A stretch of 44,662 bases of DNA from an uncultured Candidatus Saccharibacteria bacterium. Lineage in GTDB: Bacteria > Patescibacteriota > Minisyncoccia > Phycocordibacterales > UBA3531. Location of the stretch: contig CAYIAA010000006.1 of NCBI GenBank assembly GCA_964361405.1, positions 1-44,662 of the forward strand, in the 5' to 3' direction. This document shows positions 43,529-44,662 of the stretch, piece after piece. The notes under the pieces were generated by a model, which searched no databases, had not been told where the DNA came from, and worked only from the letters and a program-made list of their open reading frames with translations. Every line of letters begins with the position of its first letter. Position 1 is the stretch's first letter. The position numbers and the translations under genes were made by a program.

Positions 43529-43843
43529 ATGGAAAATAGGAGAGGTCTTCTGCATGCCGGAGAAAGGGTCATTCTCATTCCCGATGGGACCCACGAAAGC
43601 GAGAAAATCCAAAGGCTTCTGAACCAGTTCGGCATCGAGTACGCCATCGCGGATGCTCCAGTTGAGCGGTGGGAAGAAAGACCAATGGTGATTTGGGAAT
43701 CGGGTCGGTACGGCGGGTTCGACAGAATTTCTGAGCTGGCACAGCGTCTCCAGGAAGAAGTGGACAAAGAACTCCGACAGGAACACCGGGAAAAACGGCG
43801 CCTGAGAAGAAGACGCAGAAAACCTGAAAAGGCAATAGAATAG
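43529..43843 (+). CDS. cysteine-less glutaredoxin-like protein with Arg-rich tail
   Basis: LLNQFGIEY...PMVIW..GRYGGFD resembles a Grx fold; tail REKRRLRRRRRK; followed by a terminator. Confidence 0.6.
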   Translation: MENRRGLLHAGERVILIPDGTHESEKIQRLLNQFGIEYAIADAPVERWEERPMVIWESGRYGGFDRISELAQRLQEEVDKELRQEHREKRRLRRRRRKPEKAIE

Positions 43844-43863
43844 TATAGATCAGCGAATCCTCT

Positions 43864-43898
43864 AAAAACGCCCTATTCCTCGCGAATAGGGCGTTTTT
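43864..43898. terminator. bidirectional intrinsic terminator
   Basis: AAAAACGCCCTATTC-CTCGC-GAATAGGGCGTTTTT between convergent genes. Confidence 0.85.
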
Positions 43899-43956
43899 CA
43901 ACCCAACGCTAAGTGACCATCCCGCAAGAATACATGCTACTGATGAGCGCCACAAG

Positions 43957-44283
43957 CTACTGCTTCAGGACAGGAATTTTGTAGAACGAAGTTTTGCCGG
44001 TGAGGATTTTAAATAGATTCTCGATAAAGTCGCCACCAGCGTAGCCGATGATGAGTGCGAGAGCTGGTGTGATGGTGGATAGACCCAAAAACGTGACGCC
44101 GAGGTCTTGCGTCACCCAGGCGACGAGAAGCCCCACGACGCCCGAGACAAGAACGCTAAATGCAAAGTAGCTCGGCATGAAAGGAGTGTTTTTATACGAA
44201 TTTCGGTACTTGATGTACCCCACAAGCCCGCGTACAACCCCTCCCCCAAATCCAGCAAGTAAAATCCCGAGATACAATGCCAT
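43957..44283 (-). CDS. small three-TM membrane protein
   Basis: GFGGGVVRGL, ALIIGYAGGDFIENL. ATG 44283 lies 7 nt after TGtTATACT. Confidence 0.75.
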   Translation of the reverse strand: MALYLGILLAGFGGGVVRGLVGYIKYRNSYKNTPFMPSYFAFSVLVSGVVGLLVAWVTQDLGVTFLGLSTITPALALIIGYAGGDFIENLFKILTGKTSFYKIPVLKQ

Positions 44284-44311
44284 AAAATTTAGTATAACAC
44301 TTTCGTATTCA

Positions 44312-44470
44312 CTATGAAATCGAGGCGAATACGCCGAGATAGTATGGCCACAAAACAAGCGCGAGTACACCTTCCCAGAACGTTAGGTGCAAAAATCCAA
44401 TCGTGAAGAGCCATCCCCACACCCACACCGCGCCAAGGGAACTATGCTGTTCGATCTTTATCTTTTGCAT
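44312..44470 (-). CDS. small Trp-rich membrane protein (52 aa), not in the ORF track
   Basis: MQKIKIEQHSSLGAVWVWGWLFTIGFLHLTFWEGVLALVLWPYYLGVFASIS*; TATACT 6 nt before ATG. Confidence 0.75.
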   Translation of the reverse strand: MQKIKIEQHSSLGAVWVWGWLFTIGFLHLTFWEGVLALVLWPYYLGVFASIS

Positions 44471-44503
44471 ATACATAGTATATACCGCCTGGCACTATTA
44501 CTG

Positions 44504-44532
44504 TGGACGATTCTTAAAAAAACCCCTATAGT
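44504..44532 (+). promoter_or_regulatory. promoter for tRNA-Asn
   Basis: TGGACG-N17-TATAGT, 8 nt before the tRNA. Confidence 0.5.
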
Positions 44533-44540
44533 AACGTTAT

Positions 44541-44612
44541 TCCGGTGTAGCTCAATGGTAGAGCAAGCGACTGTTAATCGCTAGGTTCCAGGTTCGAGTC
44601 CTGGCGCCGGAG
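44541..44612 (+). tRNA. tRNA-Asn (anticodon GTT), no encoded CCA
   Basis: TCCGGTG / CGCCGGA acceptor stem, AGCGA-CTGTTAA-TCGCT anticodon arm, GGTTCGAGTCC T-arm. Confidence 0.97.
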
Positions 44613-44662
44613 CAGAGAGTTGGAATCACTAAAATTTTCACGCGACGCGGCTAACGCCGCGT

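Noticed and set aside
44387-44584. 65-aa plus-strand ORF
   Set aside because: It runs into tRNA-Asn and is antisense to a better small gene.
1-44662. Genetic code 25 (TGA=Gly), inteins, introns, DGR, prophage
   Set aside because: Conserved genes end at TGA at normal lengths. DnaB and the tRNAs are uninterrupted. No RT, integrase or phage genes were seen.

Overview
This is core chromosome of a small-genome bacterium, most likely Patescibacteria/CPR (Parcubacteria-like). That assignment is inferred from dense overlapping genes, short AspRS, ProRS and HolB, a helicase-degenerate PriA, two MreB paralogues, a split dcw cluster and L9 being present. TGA is used as stop, so the code is 11. The window holds six aminoacyl-tRNA synthetases (trpS, aspS, gltX, cysS, lysS, proS), scpAB, cell-wall and division genes, dnaB, recR, holB, priA, rmuC, ribosomal proteins L9/L21/L27, frr, greA, hpf, a malic enzyme, tRNA-Glu(CTC), tRNA-Asn(GTT) and several orphan genes. 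No CRISPR array, integrase, transposase or prophage is evident. The most notable signals are non-coding. (1) A 20-bp perfect palindrome, CCTGCCTGCCGGCAGGCAGG, sits as a clean insertion in a duplicated tRNA-Glu 3' end and again as two 21-nt frame-preserving copies at the gltX N-terminus. (2) REP-like hairpins capped by GCT(A/T)CGC occur three times, and one supplies the aspS stop codon. (3) About nine genes have a -10 box only 6-8 nt before the start codon, whereas orphan genes carry Shine-Dalgarno sites. (4) Two unrelated secreted Cys-rich orphan ORFs run through their own intrinsic terminators. All calls are by eye from motifs; no searches were run.
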